Source: Bacteroidales bacterium UBA7009
GTDB lineage: Bacteria; Bacteroidota; Bacteroidia; Bacteroidales; Paludibacteraceae
NCBI GenBank assembly: GCA_002449665.1
Contig: DJXH01000058.1
Coordinates: forward strand, 12,165 to 76,164
Reading direction: 5' to 3'
DNA length: 64,000 nucleotides
The notes under the pieces are model-generated. The model saw only the letters and a list, made by a program, of their open reading frames with translations, did not search any database and was not told the DNA's origin. Shown in pieces: positions 1 through 9,900 of the stretch (within the stretch, counting starts at the first letter, position 1; each line of letters starts with the position of its first letter). Made by a program: the position numbers and the translations under genes.

Positions 1-57
1 TGATATTTGGCATTACAGAGCATTGAACAGCGATTACTTTATTTTCAAACACGAATA

Positions 58-65
58 TATTTTTG
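58..65 (+). promoter_or_regulatory. Bacteroidota -7 promoter box (TATTTTTG) upstream of the nuclease gene
   Basis: TATTTTTG at 58-65 matches the Bacteroides sigma-A -7 consensus TAnnTTTG, 21 nt upstream of the ATG at 87. It overlaps the TTG at 63 that the ORF track uses as a start, which argues against that start. Confidence 0.5.
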
Positions 66-86
66 TATTCAAGAAAGCATAGATTT

Positions 87-1220
87 ATGACAACTCACGT
101 TTTGATAGTAGATGAGCATACTTTCCCCATACATCTTCAATATATGTTTGCAGGGACGGGGAGCGGAGAAAAGAAAGTTGGCGATATTATTGACTGCACA
201 GACAACAATATACACTGGTCTCGTGAAGCCGGTTTGGTTTCTATGTTGGCAGACGGAGCTAGAATAAGACAAGGAGATTATATAGTATTTTACTTACAGC
301 AGACAAACAGACATGAAGGGCTGTTCTTCGGCATATTCCAAGCAGCACAAGATTCTGTTTTTATTGACGATAATTCAAGTGCACAATACTTGAAAAAGGA
401 ACTCAAAAAATCTCTAACTTTCAGACTGCTTATAAAGCCTTGTGAAGTATATTCCAAAGGAGTAACCGAGTGGGAAGCATTAGATGTCATACGTGGTATT
501 CACTCTCCTAATCAGATGTTATGGAGCCTTATATACAGGAAACTCAAAGGCAACAGAGGTAATACCATGATTACTGAATACGAGGCAGAGAGACTTTTTG
601 AGTTGATAAGGCTGAAAAATGACAGAACACCTTTGACAAACGAACATTTCAGATATGAAAACAAACTCATTATTCCTGCCGACTCAACATCACCGTATTT
701 AGGGCAAACAAAAACTGCGGATATACTTCAGCGCCTAAAACACAAATACTCCGTCCATCGCGCACACGAAGCCCATTTACAAGCATACATAGTTCAAAAT
801 ATCGGCAAAGGCACTAACCCGTCACTTGACAAAGCACTATGCATCACAACTACTGATTGGATAGGTAACGAAGTCTCCTGCGGAGTCGGTATGCAAAGAA
901 TAGATATTTTAATATCACATCACATGAGTGATATACAACGCGAAGTAATGCCGATAGAACTTAAGTGCATTCCTGCAGAAACTTACAACGCAAGACAACT
1001 TATAAGATACATTGATTGGCTTGAGCAATACTATGTTCCCAATCACCCAAGTCGTATTCAACCGATTTTGATATGCAGAAAAAACAAAAACAGCATTTCG
1101 CAAGAAGTAGCAAACTCATTTTCTGCGTTTGACGAAAAAATGAAGGGAAGATGTCTTCCTTTGAGGTTTATTGAATATCATTTTGACCCTGACACATTAG
1201 TATTTGAAAGAATAAGATGA
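87..1220 (+). CDS. PD-(D/E)XK-family nuclease, putative restriction endonuclease partner of the downstream methyltransferase
   Basis: The C-terminal part reads GMQRIDILISHH...REVMPIELKCIPAETYNARQLIRYIDWL, a D-x17-E-x-K pattern followed by Q-x3-Y as in NucS/DUF91-like PD-(D/E)XK nucleases. The N-terminal ~100 aa (IRQGDYIVFYLQ...GLFFGIFQ) resembles a PUA/EVE-like barrel; this is inference only. The stop overlaps the next gene's start (ATGA at 1217-1220). The ATG at 87 is preferred over the TTG at 63. Confidence 0.6.
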   Translation: MTTHVLIVDEHTFPIHLQYMFAGTGSGEKKVGDIIDCTDNNIHWSREAGLVSMLADGARIRQGDYIVFYLQQTNRHEGLFFGIFQAAQDSVFIDDNSSAQYLKKELKKSLTFRLLIKPCEVYSKGVTEWEALDVIRGIHSPNQMLWSLIYRKLKGNRGNTMITEYEAERLFELIRLKNDRTPLTNEHFRYENKLIIPADSTSPYLGQTKTADILQRLKHKYSVHRAHEAHLQAYIVQNIGKGTNPSLDKALCITTTDWIGNEVSCGVGMQRIDILISHHMSDIQREVMPIELKCIPAETYNARQLIRYIDWLEQYYVPNHPSRIQPILICRKNKNSISQEVANSFSAFDEKMKGRCLPLRFIEYHFDPDTLVFERIR

Positions 1221-2224
1221 ACTATATAGGCTCAAAACTTAAATTATCCGCCTTTCTATATCAAACAATTGACGATATTGTAGGGGATCATTTGCGGGAA
1301 AAAATTTTCTGCGATGGCTTTGCAGGTACCGGAATTGTCGGACGTAAATTCAAACCTTACGCAAAACAAATAATATCTAACGACATAGAATATTACAGTT
1401 ATGTACTTAACAGAAATTATATCGGCAATTCTACATTCAAACCCGATTGGAATCTGCTTATAGACCGACTTAATCAAGAACCGCTTATTTCTAACGGATT
1501 TATTTATAATAATTATTGTCTCGGCAGTGGCAGCCAAAGGCAATACTTTTCGGATTTCAACGGTCAAAAAATTGATACAATACGATTAAAAATTGAAAAA
1601 TGGCACTCAACCAAATACATAGATGACAATGCATATTATTTCCTGCTATGCTCTTTGCTTGAAAGCGCGGACAAAGTGGCAAACACCGCATCTGTTTACG
1701 GAGCTTTCTTAAAACATCTTAAAAAGAGTGCCCAAGCAGATTTATTACTACTGCCGGCAAGTTTTGAGACTTCTGATACAAAAAACTTAGTTTATAATGA
1801 AGATATAAACACGCTCATAAAAAAAATATCGGGAGATATTTTATATTTAGACCCACCATACAATGCAAGACAATACGGAGCAAATTACCATATATTAAAC
1901 ACTATTTCGGAATATAAGCCGTTCATTCCGAAAGGGAAAACAGGAATGCGCGAATATGAAACATCAAAATTTTGCAGCAAGCGGACCGTTTATGATGAAT
2001 TTGACGATTTAATACGTAATGCTGATTTTGAATACATTTTCGTATCATATAATAATGAGGGGTTGATGAGTTTAGAGGAAATAGAGGAAATAATGTCCAA
2101 ATACGGCAATTATCAATGCGTTTCCACTAAATACAGCAGATTTCAAGCCGACAAAACAACCAATAGAAATATAAAAGCAGACTCAACAATAGAATATCTC
2201 CACATATTAAAAAAAAACACATAA
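1217..2224 (+). CDS. Site-specific DNA N6-adenine methyltransferase, D12 (Dam-related, alpha-class) family
   Basis: N-terminal NYIGSKLKL motif, AdoMet motif FCDGFAGTG, and catalytic LDPPYNARQY (DPPY) about 170 aa later. The order motif I, then TRD, then motif IV indicates the alpha class. Confidence 0.85.
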   Translation: MNYIGSKLKLSAFLYQTIDDIVGDHLREKIFCDGFAGTGIVGRKFKPYAKQIISNDIEYYSYVLNRNYIGNSTFKPDWNLLIDRLNQEPLISNGFIYNNYCLGSGSQRQYFSDFNGQKIDTIRLKIEKWHSTKYIDDNAYYFLLCSLLESADKVANTASVYGAFLKHLKKSAQADLLLLPASFETSDTKNLVYNEDINTLIKKISGDILYLDPPYNARQYGANYHILNTISEYKPFIPKGKTGMREYETSKFCSKRTVYDEFDDLIRNADFEYIFVSYNNEGLMSLEEIEEIMSKYGNYQCVSTKYSRFQADKTTNRNIKADSTIEYLHILKKNT

Positions 2225-2238
2225 ACACTACATATACT

Positions 2239-2889
2239 ATGCATATAGCAATCGCAGGGAACATCGGATGCGGCAAGACGACACTCACTAATATGCTTGC
2301 CCGCCACTATGGTTGGAAACCGCGCTTTGAAAGCGTGGACTTTAACCCCTATCTTGAAGATTTCTACGCCGATATGGCTCGCTGGTCGTTTAACCTACAA
2401 ATATACTTCCTCAACAAACGTTTTAAGGATGTGGTGGAAATAACGCAATCGGAGGAATACATCATTCAAGACCGCACCATATATGAGGATGCGCGCATTT
2501 TCGCCCCCAACCTGCACGAGCAAGGGTATATGTCCGACCGTGATTTTGACAACTACACCGACCTCTTTAACCTTATGATGTCGCTTGTCAGAATGCCGGA
2601 TCTGATGATATACATACGCTCGTCCATTCCCAACCTCGTGGCACAGATACAAAAGCGCGGGCGCGAGTATGAAGCCGGTATGAGAATAGACTACCTGCAG
2701 GGACTGAATGACAAATACGAAGCGTGGATAAAAGACTATAAGGGCAAACTGATAATAGTGGACGGCGATAATGTCAAATTCGGGCAGAACCCCGAACATT
2801 TTCAGCAAATTACCGACCGCATAGATGCCGAGCTGTTCGGTCTGTTCCCCTTTGAGCAGTCAACGGCGGTAGGAAAAGAGATACACTAA
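2239..2889 (+). CDS. Deoxynucleoside kinase (dAK/dGK/dCK family)
   Basis: P-loop IAGNIGCGKTTL, the IQDRTIYED motif, and ~215 aa size typical of the bacterial dNK family. Confidence 0.85.
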   Translation: MHIAIAGNIGCGKTTLTNMLARHYGWKPRFESVDFNPYLEDFYADMARWSFNLQIYFLNKRFKDVVEITQSEEYIIQDRTIYEDARIFAPNLHEQGYMSDRDFDNYTDLFNLMMSLVRMPDLMIYIRSSIPNLVAQIQKRGREYEAGMRIDYLQGLNDKYEAWIKDYKGKLIIVDGDNVKFGQNPEHFQQITDRIDAELFGLFPFEQSTAVGKEIH

Positions 2890-2890
2890 A

Positions 2891-3805
2891 GTGGTAGATA
2901 AGTTTTTAGACTATATTGCTATTGAAAAAAGGCTGTCAGGGCGTACTGTTGAGACCTACAAAGACGACCTGTATGAGTTTTGCGCTTTCCTCGGCTGTGA
3001 CAGCTGCAGCATTGACGTGCAAAGCATAACGGAAGATGACGTAAAGGCCTGGATATTAGACCTTATGGAAAACAAGCACAACTCGCCTCGCAGCGTAAAA
3101 CAAAAACTTGCGGCACTGCACTCGTTCTACAAATTCCTACTGCTGACGGGTATTGTCAGCAAAGATGTAACACGCCGTATAATAGCACCTAAAGCGGACA
3201 AGCCCCTGCCCGTTTTCTTCAAGCCGCACGAGATGGAAGCCGCTACTGCTTACGAAGACAGCGCAGACGACAAAGAAAGCGCAAGGGATAATCTGATAAT
3301 CGAAATGTTATACCAGACAGGTATGCGACAGGCTGAGATGCTTGGGCTGAAAGATACCGACATAGACCTCATAAACAAGCAGATACGAGTATTCGGCAAA
3401 AGACGGAAAGAGCGCATAATACCCATAGGCGACCAACTGATAGAACAAATACAAAAATACAAAGAGTACAGAGATGGCGAATGTGGTACGTTTTTTGTAA
3501 TTTGGAAAAAGGACGGCGAGACAAAGCCGCTGAACAAAGCAACCTTATATAATATAGTAAGGAAACGTATGGGCGAGGTGAGTACGCTCAAAAAACATTC
3601 GCCTCACGTACTCAGGCACACTTTTGCCACCACTATGCTCAACAACGGAGCGGACATACGCACCATACAGACACTACTCGGGCACGCAAGTCTTGCTGCC
3701 ACGCAGATATACACCCACACTACTTTTGAACAAATAAAACAAACATATAAAGAGGCCCACCCGCGAGCGCAAAAAGCAGCGGCAAAGCCCATAATAACCA
3801 ACTAA
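2891..3805 (+). CDS. Tyrosine site-specific recombinase, XerC/XerD-like
   Basis: HVLRHTFATTMLNNGADIRTIQTLLGHASLAATQIYTH contains the R-H-R-Y catalytic signature including the terminal Tyr. There is an N-terminal SAM-like domain. GTG start one nt after the dNK stop. Confidence 0.85.
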   Translation: MVDKFLDYIAIEKRLSGRTVETYKDDLYEFCAFLGCDSCSIDVQSITEDDVKAWILDLMENKHNSPRSVKQKLAALHSFYKFLLLTGIVSKDVTRRIIAPKADKPLPVFFKPHEMEAATAYEDSADDKESARDNLIIEMLYQTGMRQAEMLGLKDTDIDLINKQIRVFGKRRKERIIPIGDQLIEQIQKYKEYRDGECGTFFVIWKKDGETKPLNKATLYNIVRKRMGEVSTLKKHSPHVLRHTFATTMLNNGADIRTIQTLLGHASLAATQIYTHTTFEQIKQTYKEAHPRAQKAAAKPIITN

Positions 3806-3822
3806 ATATAGGAGAAAAGATT

Positions 3823-4110
3823 ATGACAGTAAACACACAGGCAGTCAATTTTGACATCGCGGAAAGACTTGAGAAGTATATCGAGAAGAAAACCCGCCGC
3901 TACGAAAAACTTCTTCCTAAAACGGCTGAAATATCAATACGTATGACGGTGGTAAAACCTGAGACCAACCTCAACAAAGAAACACAGATTCGCATTCTCG
4001 GTATGGGAGCGGAGATGTTCGTGGAAAAGACTTGCGACACCTTTGAGCAGGGCATAGACGAAGGTCTTGAGGCAATAGACCGCCAAATAGAAAAACTTAA
4101 AGACAAATAA
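3823..4110 (+). CDS. hpf: Ribosome hibernation promoting factor / RaiA family (short form)
   Basis: 95 aa. MTVNTQAVNFDIAERLEKYIEKK...ETQIRI...EKTCDTFEQGIDEGLEAIDRQIEKLK fits the S30EA/HPF family pattern. Confidence 0.8.
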   Translation: MTVNTQAVNFDIAERLEKYIEKKTRRYEKLLPKTAEISIRMTVVKPETNLNKETQIRILGMGAEMFVEKTCDTFEQGIDEGLEAIDRQIEKLKDK

Positions 4111-4116
4111 GCACTG

Positions 4117-4566
4117 ATGAAAAAACTGATACAGGCAGCATTGCTGCTGCTTATCTGCACTCATACTCAACTCCTTGCACAAGGAGTTGAGTATATGACC
4201 ACGGCTCAATTCAAGCAAAACATATTTGACTACACCAAGGAAAAAGATTGGAAATATAAAGGCAACACGCCTTGTGTGATTGATTTCTACACCACTTGGT
4301 GCGGACCGTGCAAACGCCTTGCACCGATAATGGAAGAGCTGAGCGAAAAATACAAGGGCAAAGTCAAGTTCTACAAAGCCGACACGGAGAAAGAGCAGGA
4401 ATTGGCATACGTTTTTCAAATTTCGAGCATACCGCAGGTGCTGTATATCCCCAAAAGCGGCAAACCGACATTGCTGAAAGGGCTGTATCCGAAAGAGAAT
4501 ATAGAGATGATTATAGACAAACTGCTGCTCGGCATTAAGAGACAAGCGGATAACCAACAAAAATAA
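4117..4566 (+). CDS. Secreted thioredoxin-family protein
   Basis: N-terminal signal peptide (MKKLIQAALLLLICTHTQLLA) and the WCGPCK active site. Confidence 0.85.
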   Translation: MKKLIQAALLLLICTHTQLLAQGVEYMTTAQFKQNIFDYTKEKDWKYKGNTPCVIDFYTTWCGPCKRLAPIMEELSEKYKGKVKFYKADTEKEQELAYVFQISSIPQVLYIPKSGKPTLLKGLYPKENIEMIIDKLLLGIKRQADNQQK

Positions 4567-4575
4567 CGTAAGACA

Positions 4576-6231
4576 ATGCAGATTGAGTTTATCTTACTTG
4601 TTTTGAGCCTGCTTTTTTTCGCAAGCATATTCACCGACCGCATTGGGTCTAAATTCGGAGTACCGGCACTACTGCTGTTTCTCATAGTAGGTATGATTTT
4701 CGGTCCGGACGGTTTCGGCAAGTGGCTGACAGCCGACGGACAAGGACTGATAGAGTCCGTCTCTATAGGCAGAGCGCAAGTGGTAGGCACGATAGCACTT
4801 TGCGTCATCTTGTTTTCCGGCGGTATGGATACCAAACTCTCGGATATTCGTCCCGTCCTACACCCCGGTATTACTCTTGCCACAGTCGGAGTTTTTCTGA
4901 CGGCACTCATTTCGGGTACGGTCATCTATTTCGTCTTCGGCTGGATGCAGGCGGTGGTAACTATTTCCTTTCCTATGGCGATGCTCATGGCATCCACTAT
5001 GTCATCCACCGACTCGGCAAGCGTCTTTTCCACACTCCGCACCAACGGCATTCACCTCAAGCACAACCTCCGTCCGCTGCTCGAACTTGAATCGGGTGCC
5101 AACGACCCGATGGCATACGTGCTGACTATCACGCTGATAGGCATCGTCACTTCCTCCACGGGGGAGATAAGTCCGCTTGCCATAGCACAGGATATAGTGA
5201 TACAACTTATAGTCGGCGGCTTTATGGGCTTCGGATTAGGTAAGACAGCGGTGGCACTGATGCGTAAAGCCAAACTGACCAACGAGAGTCTGTACCCTAT
5301 AATGATACTCACTTTCTGCATCTTCATCTTCGCCGTAACTTATTATATGAAAGGCAACAGTTATCTTGCAGTCTATATAGGCGGCGTGATGATAGGCAAC
5401 AGCAAGTTTATCCGCAAACGCCAGACCAAGTCGTTCTTTGACGGACTGACGTGGCTGTGCCAACTCGTTATGTTCCTTATGCTCGGACTGATGGTCAAGC
5501 CTCACGAACTGATGGAACTGTCCGTATGGCTGCCGTGTCTTATAATAAGCATCATCACCACTTTTATCTCTCGTCCGCTTGCCGTGTTTGCCTGCCTGCA
5601 ACCGTTTAAGCAGTATCAGGGCAGAGACAAGGTGCTTGTCAGTTGGGTAGGACTGAAAGGCGCTGTACCTATCATCTTTGCCATAATGTGTATAGCGAGC
5701 AACGTAAAGGATGCCAACCTGCTATTTAACGTTGTGTTCCTCTGCACGTTAGTTTCGCTGCTGCTACAGGGAACGACACTGAGTAAAATGGCGAACAGCC
5801 TCAAACTGGCAGAGCCTTCAAAAGACAAAGAACGCCTGCAATACTTTGACATCGAACTGCCCGAGGAGATAGAAGCATACGCATACGAAAAAGAGATAAG
5901 CGAGGAAATGCTTGCCAACGGCAACTGCCTGAAAGATATGGTTATACCTAATAACGTGCGTGTTATAATGATGCGCAGAGGCGAGAATTTCTCCGTTCCC
6001 AACGGCACTACCCCTCTCAAAGCGGGCGACTATCTGCTCGTCATAAGCGAGGAAGACATTGCCGCCGTACAACGCATGCAAGAGGAGGAAGACGACTATG
6101 CACTCAAAGAATGGCGTATGCAACTCGTCAATCACACCGGCACGTTTTTTAAGCAGCAGTGGGACAAAATAACAGGCATTACCGGCTCACAAAGCAAAGA
6201 AAAAAACAAAGAGAAAACAAATGATGAGTAA
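4576..6231 (+). CDS. K+/H+ (cation/proton) antiporter, CPA1/NhaP2-type with C-terminal TrkA-C-like domain
   Basis: About 12 hydrophobic segments, the ELESGANDPMAY motif typical of Na_H_Exchanger proteins, and a soluble C-terminal domain (VIMMRRGENFSVPNGTTPLKAGDYLLVI) resembling TrkA-C. Confidence 0.8.
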   Translation: MQIEFILLVLSLLFFASIFTDRIGSKFGVPALLLFLIVGMIFGPDGFGKWLTADGQGLIESVSIGRAQVVGTIALCVILFSGGMDTKLSDIRPVLHPGITLATVGVFLTALISGTVIYFVFGWMQAVVTISFPMAMLMASTMSSTDSASVFSTLRTNGIHLKHNLRPLLELESGANDPMAYVLTITLIGIVTSSTGEISPLAIAQDIVIQLIVGGFMGFGLGKTAVALMRKAKLTNESLYPIMILTFCIFIFAVTYYMKGNSYLAVYIGGVMIGNSKFIRKRQTKSFFDGLTWLCQLVMFLMLGLMVKPHELMELSVWLPCLIISIITTFISRPLAVFACLQPFKQYQGRDKVLVSWVGLKGAVPIIFAIMCIASNVKDANLLFNVVFLCTLVSLLLQGTTLSKMANSLKLAEPSKDKERLQYFDIELPEEIEAYAYEKEISEEMLANGNCLKDMVIPNNVRVIMMRRGENFSVPNGTTPLKAGDYLLVISEEDIAAVQRMQEEEDDYALKEWRMQLVNHTGTFFKQQWDKITGITGSQSKEKNKEKTNDE

Positions 6232-6245
6232 TTTTTGGCAAAATT

Positions 6246-6277
6246 GTTGGCAAATTGATAAAAAAGCAGTACCTTTG
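6246..6277 (+). promoter_or_regulatory. Putative sigma-A promoter of ruvA-sprA (-33 GTTG, 20-nt spacer, -7 TACCTTTG)
   Basis: TACCTTTG at 6270-6277 and a TTG-containing element at 6246-6249. The ruvA ATG is at 6302. Confidence 0.55.
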
Positions 6278-6301
6278 CGCGTTTTATTGTAGCAAAGCAG
6301 T

Positions 6302-6916
6302 ATGATTGAGTATATCAAAGGACAACTTACCGAACTTACTCCGACAAGTGCCATCATTGAAGCCTACGGCGTAGGCTACGACATAAACATCACCTTACCT
6401 GCTTATTCCGCCTTGCAAGACAAGGAGAATAAGGAGGTAAGGCTTTTTATAACCGAGATTATTCGAGAGGACACCCACGATCTGTATGGTTTTACCACTC
6501 GCGGTGAGAGGCAACTCTTCGTTATGCTGATGACTGTCAGCGGCATAGGTGCCAACACGGCTCGCACTATTATGTCTGCATACTCCGTGGGCGAACTTCG
6601 TCAGATAGTAGCCACAGGTAATGCCAAGGCACTCGGGCAGGTTAAAGGTATTGGTCCGAAGACGGCACAGAGAGTAATAGTGGACTTGAAAGACAAGGTG
6701 CTTAAAGTGGATGCCGGCGAAGATGCTTCTGCTGCGTTTGAGGCTAAAATGTCCACAGAGCAGGCAGACAGCGTAGTAAAGACAGAAGCCTTGAGTGCGC
6801 TGACTATGCTCGGATTCAGTGCCGCCGCAAGCGGTAAGGTGATAGACAAGATACTTGCCGATATGCCGGATGCGAAAGTGGAATACGTAATAAAGATAGC
6901 CTTAAAGATGCTTTAA
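6302..6916 (+). CDS. ruvA: Holliday junction branch migration complex subunit RuvA
   Basis: MIEYIKGQL...YGVGYDINI...LYGF...ERQLFVMLMTVSGIGANTARTIMS...VKGIGPKTAQRVIVDLKDK is the canonical RuvA OB plus HhH arrangement. Confidence 0.95.
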   Translation: MIEYIKGQLTELTPTSAIIEAYGVGYDINITLPAYSALQDKENKEVRLFITEIIREDTHDLYGFTTRGERQLFVMLMTVSGIGANTARTIMSAYSVGELRQIVATGNAKALGQVKGIGPKTAQRVIVDLKDKVLKVDAGEDASAAFEAKMSTEQADSVVKTEALSALTMLGFSAAASGKVIDKILADMPDAKVEYVIKIALKML

Positions 6917-6937
6917 CCGCAACAAAATTCATTTGTT

Positions 6938-9900
6938 TTGAGACGTTTATCCTTCATTATATTAGTTTTGTCGGCGGCACTGACTGCAAAAGCGCAGACG
7001 GTAGCCGACTCCGTACAACAGGCGGACACGGTGGGCAGGATAGTGGCAAAAGGTCTTCCTGCAAGAGATGAGACAATGCAAACAGAGGTGGAGTATCAGC
7101 CTTCCACCGGTTGTTACGTACTGCGCACGAAGATAGGAGATGCCGAGGTGGCAACTCCCGTTCTTATGACTGCCGAAGAGTATAAAGACTACTCGGAAAG
7201 GAAATTCATACAGGAATACTGGCAGAAGAAAATAGCGGAGGTGGAGCATAACAACGAGAAGAAGTTTGACATCACCGATATGAAGTTCAATATCGGTCCG
7301 GCAGACAAGATTTTCGGTCCCGGCGGCGTACAACTCAAGTTGCAGGGAAGTGCGGAACTGATATTCGCTTTTAAGCACCAGTTTGTTGATAATCCGTCGC
7401 TTACACGCCGCTCTAAGAACAACAACGTCTTTGATTTTGACGAGAAGATACAAGCCAACGTGACCGGAAAAGTGGGAGACAAACTCAACTTCAATATGAG
7501 TTATAACACGGAGGCAAGTTTCAGTTTTGACCAGCAGAACGTCAAACTCGGCTACAAGGGGCAGGAGGACGACATCATTCAGTCGCTCGAAGCTGGTAAC
7601 GTATCGCTTGACCTCAACTCCCAACTCATACGCGGCAGCAAGGCACTGTTCGGCGTAAAGACCAACCTAAAGTTCGGCAAACTGCGCGTTCAGGCAGTTA
7701 TCAGTCAGCAGAACAGCGATGCTCAAAAGGTGAGCAGCGAAGGCGGCGCACAGATGACCAAGTTCGAACTGCGGGCAGATGCTTACGACGAGAACAAGCA
7801 TTTCTTCCTCGGACACTATTTCCGCGACCACTTTGAGCAAGCTATGAGTGCAATGCCATACGTGGCAAGCGGCATTAACATCACCCGCATAGAGGTATGG
7901 ATTACCAACCGCAAGGGCGTATATGACCAAGCGCGTAACATAGTGGCATTCACCGACCTTGGTGAGCAGCAGCAAGACCACCTGCTTGACCAGGGGTTGT
8001 ATCAAACGGCTTCGGACAATAATCTTCCGGGCAACAGAGCCAACCTGCTCTATGACCAACTGCTCGGTATGGGCGAGAACATACGCAGCATACATCAAGT
8101 AACGCAAACGCTGCAAGGCGTACCGCAGTGGATAAGCGGCGAGCAGTATGAGAAAATAGAGTCGGCACGCCTGCTGACAAGCAGCGAATATACACTCAAC
8201 GCCGCTCTCGGTTTTATCACACTTCGCGCTGCTCTCAACCAAGACGAGGTGCTTGCCGTGGCATACGAATACACATACGGCGGACAGGTGTATCAGGTGG
8301 GCGAGTTCTCAACGGACAAAGTGGGCAACCAGGATGAGCAAGGCAACGCCCCCACCCTGCTTCTCAAACTGCTTAAACCAGCCAACAACGCTCCTCACGC
8401 ACATAATCCCATGCGTCCGGGCGAACACTACGGCACGTGGGATTTGATGATGAAGAACGTCTATGCCCTCGGTGCGCAGTCAATGTCCAGCGACAAGTTT
8501 GAACTATACGTGATGTACCGCAACGACTCTGTCGGAACGAGCCTGCAATATCTGCCCGACGGGCCGGCGAAAGGCAAACAACTGCTGCGCGTGCTAAACT
8601 TGGACAAACTTGACTCACGTAACAACCAGTCGCCGGACGGACGATTTGACTACGTGGAAGGCTATACGGCTTTCAGTTCGACCGGCAGGATAATGTTCCC
8701 CGTGCTTGAACCGTTCGGCAGCCATCTTGCAGCCCAACTCGGCAACGACCCTGCACTTGTAAGCCAATACTGTTTCCAAGAACTGTACGACTCCACATTA
8801 GTGGTGGCACAGGAGACGAGCGAAAAAAATAAGTTTGTACTCAAAGGCAAATACAAAGGCTCCAACGGCAGCGAGATACGGCTTAACGCGATGAACATCC
8901 CAAGGGGAAGCGTAACGGTAACGGCAGGCGGTGCAACGTTAGTAGAAAACGTTGATTACGTAGTAGATTACACTATGGGTGTAGTAACAGTGCTCAATCA
9001 GTCCATATTAGATTCGGGAACAAAAGTGGATGTTAAACTGGAGAACCAAAGCACGTTCTCTATGCTGCGCAAGGGTCTGTACGGTGCGCACCTTGAGTAT
9101 GAGTTTAACAAGGACTTCACTATTGGCGGTACTATAATGTATATGCACGAACGTCCGCTTACCACCAAAGTGAATACCGGCAGCGAGCCGCTGTCAAACA
9201 CTATATGGGGACTTAACCTCAACTACAAGACCGAGTTCCAGTGGCTGAGTAACGCCATAGACCAAATTCCGTGGATAACGGCGACTGCACCGAGTACTTT
9301 TGAGATAGGTGCAGAGTTCGCCCACCTTATCCCCGGACATACCAACGATGTGGGCAAAGTGGGAACAGCCTACTTGGACGACTTTGAGTCCACCACTACT
9401 TCGATAGACATACACTATCCGAATAGTTGGTTCCTCGCCTCCACACCATCCGACCCTGCAAGGGCGCAGAACGGCAACTTCTACAACGATGCTCTGCTCA
9501 GCGACAACACCGCCTATAACTCCCACCGTGCCATGCTCTCATGGTACACGGTTGACCCCATCTTCGGCTACCCGCAGACCAACACGCCGATGCACATCAA
9601 GAACGACCCCGAAGCGATGTCCGACCACAGGACACGTATAGTATATGAGCAGGAACTCTACCCCAATAAAGACGTGCTTGCCAGCGAAGATACACGCATG
9701 TCCGTCCTCAACCTCTCTTACTACCCCAAGGAGCGCGGACAGTATAACATAGATGCCGAACGCGTAAACGAAAACGGCGAACTGCAAGAGCCGGAGAAGA
9801 ACTTCGGTGCGATAATGCGCAAATTAGACAACACCGACTTTGAGCGTGCCAACATAGAATATATTCAGTTCTGGCTGATGGACCCGCGCCTCACCAATGA

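Noticed and set aside
63-86. Non-ATG ORF-track starts: TTG at 63, 35535, 39008 and 40927. The ATG at 50587 is a related over-extended start.
   Set aside because: In each case an ATG lies a few codons downstream and gives a sensible N-terminus (a signal peptide or a conserved start). At 63, 40927 and 50587 the proposed start lies inside or upstream of the predicted -7 promoter box.
2891-3805. The tyrosine recombinase as a marker of an integrative mobile element linked to the nearby R-M island.
   Set aside because: It has the full XerC/XerD-type signature and normal local base composition. It sits in a housekeeping run (dNK, hpf, thioredoxin). I could find no flanking direct repeats or att-like sites, so it is most likely the chromosomal dimer-resolution-type recombinase.
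6236-6257. The tandem TTGGCAAAATTG / TTGGCAAATTG repeat upstream of ruvA, considered as a regulator binding site (for example an SOS-type operator).
   Set aside because: It overlaps the expected -33 region of the ruvA promoter, and TTG-rich sequence is expected there. There are only two short imperfect copies, and I know of no Bacteroidota operator consensus to compare them with. It is mentioned under the divergent-promoter finding but not called as a feature.
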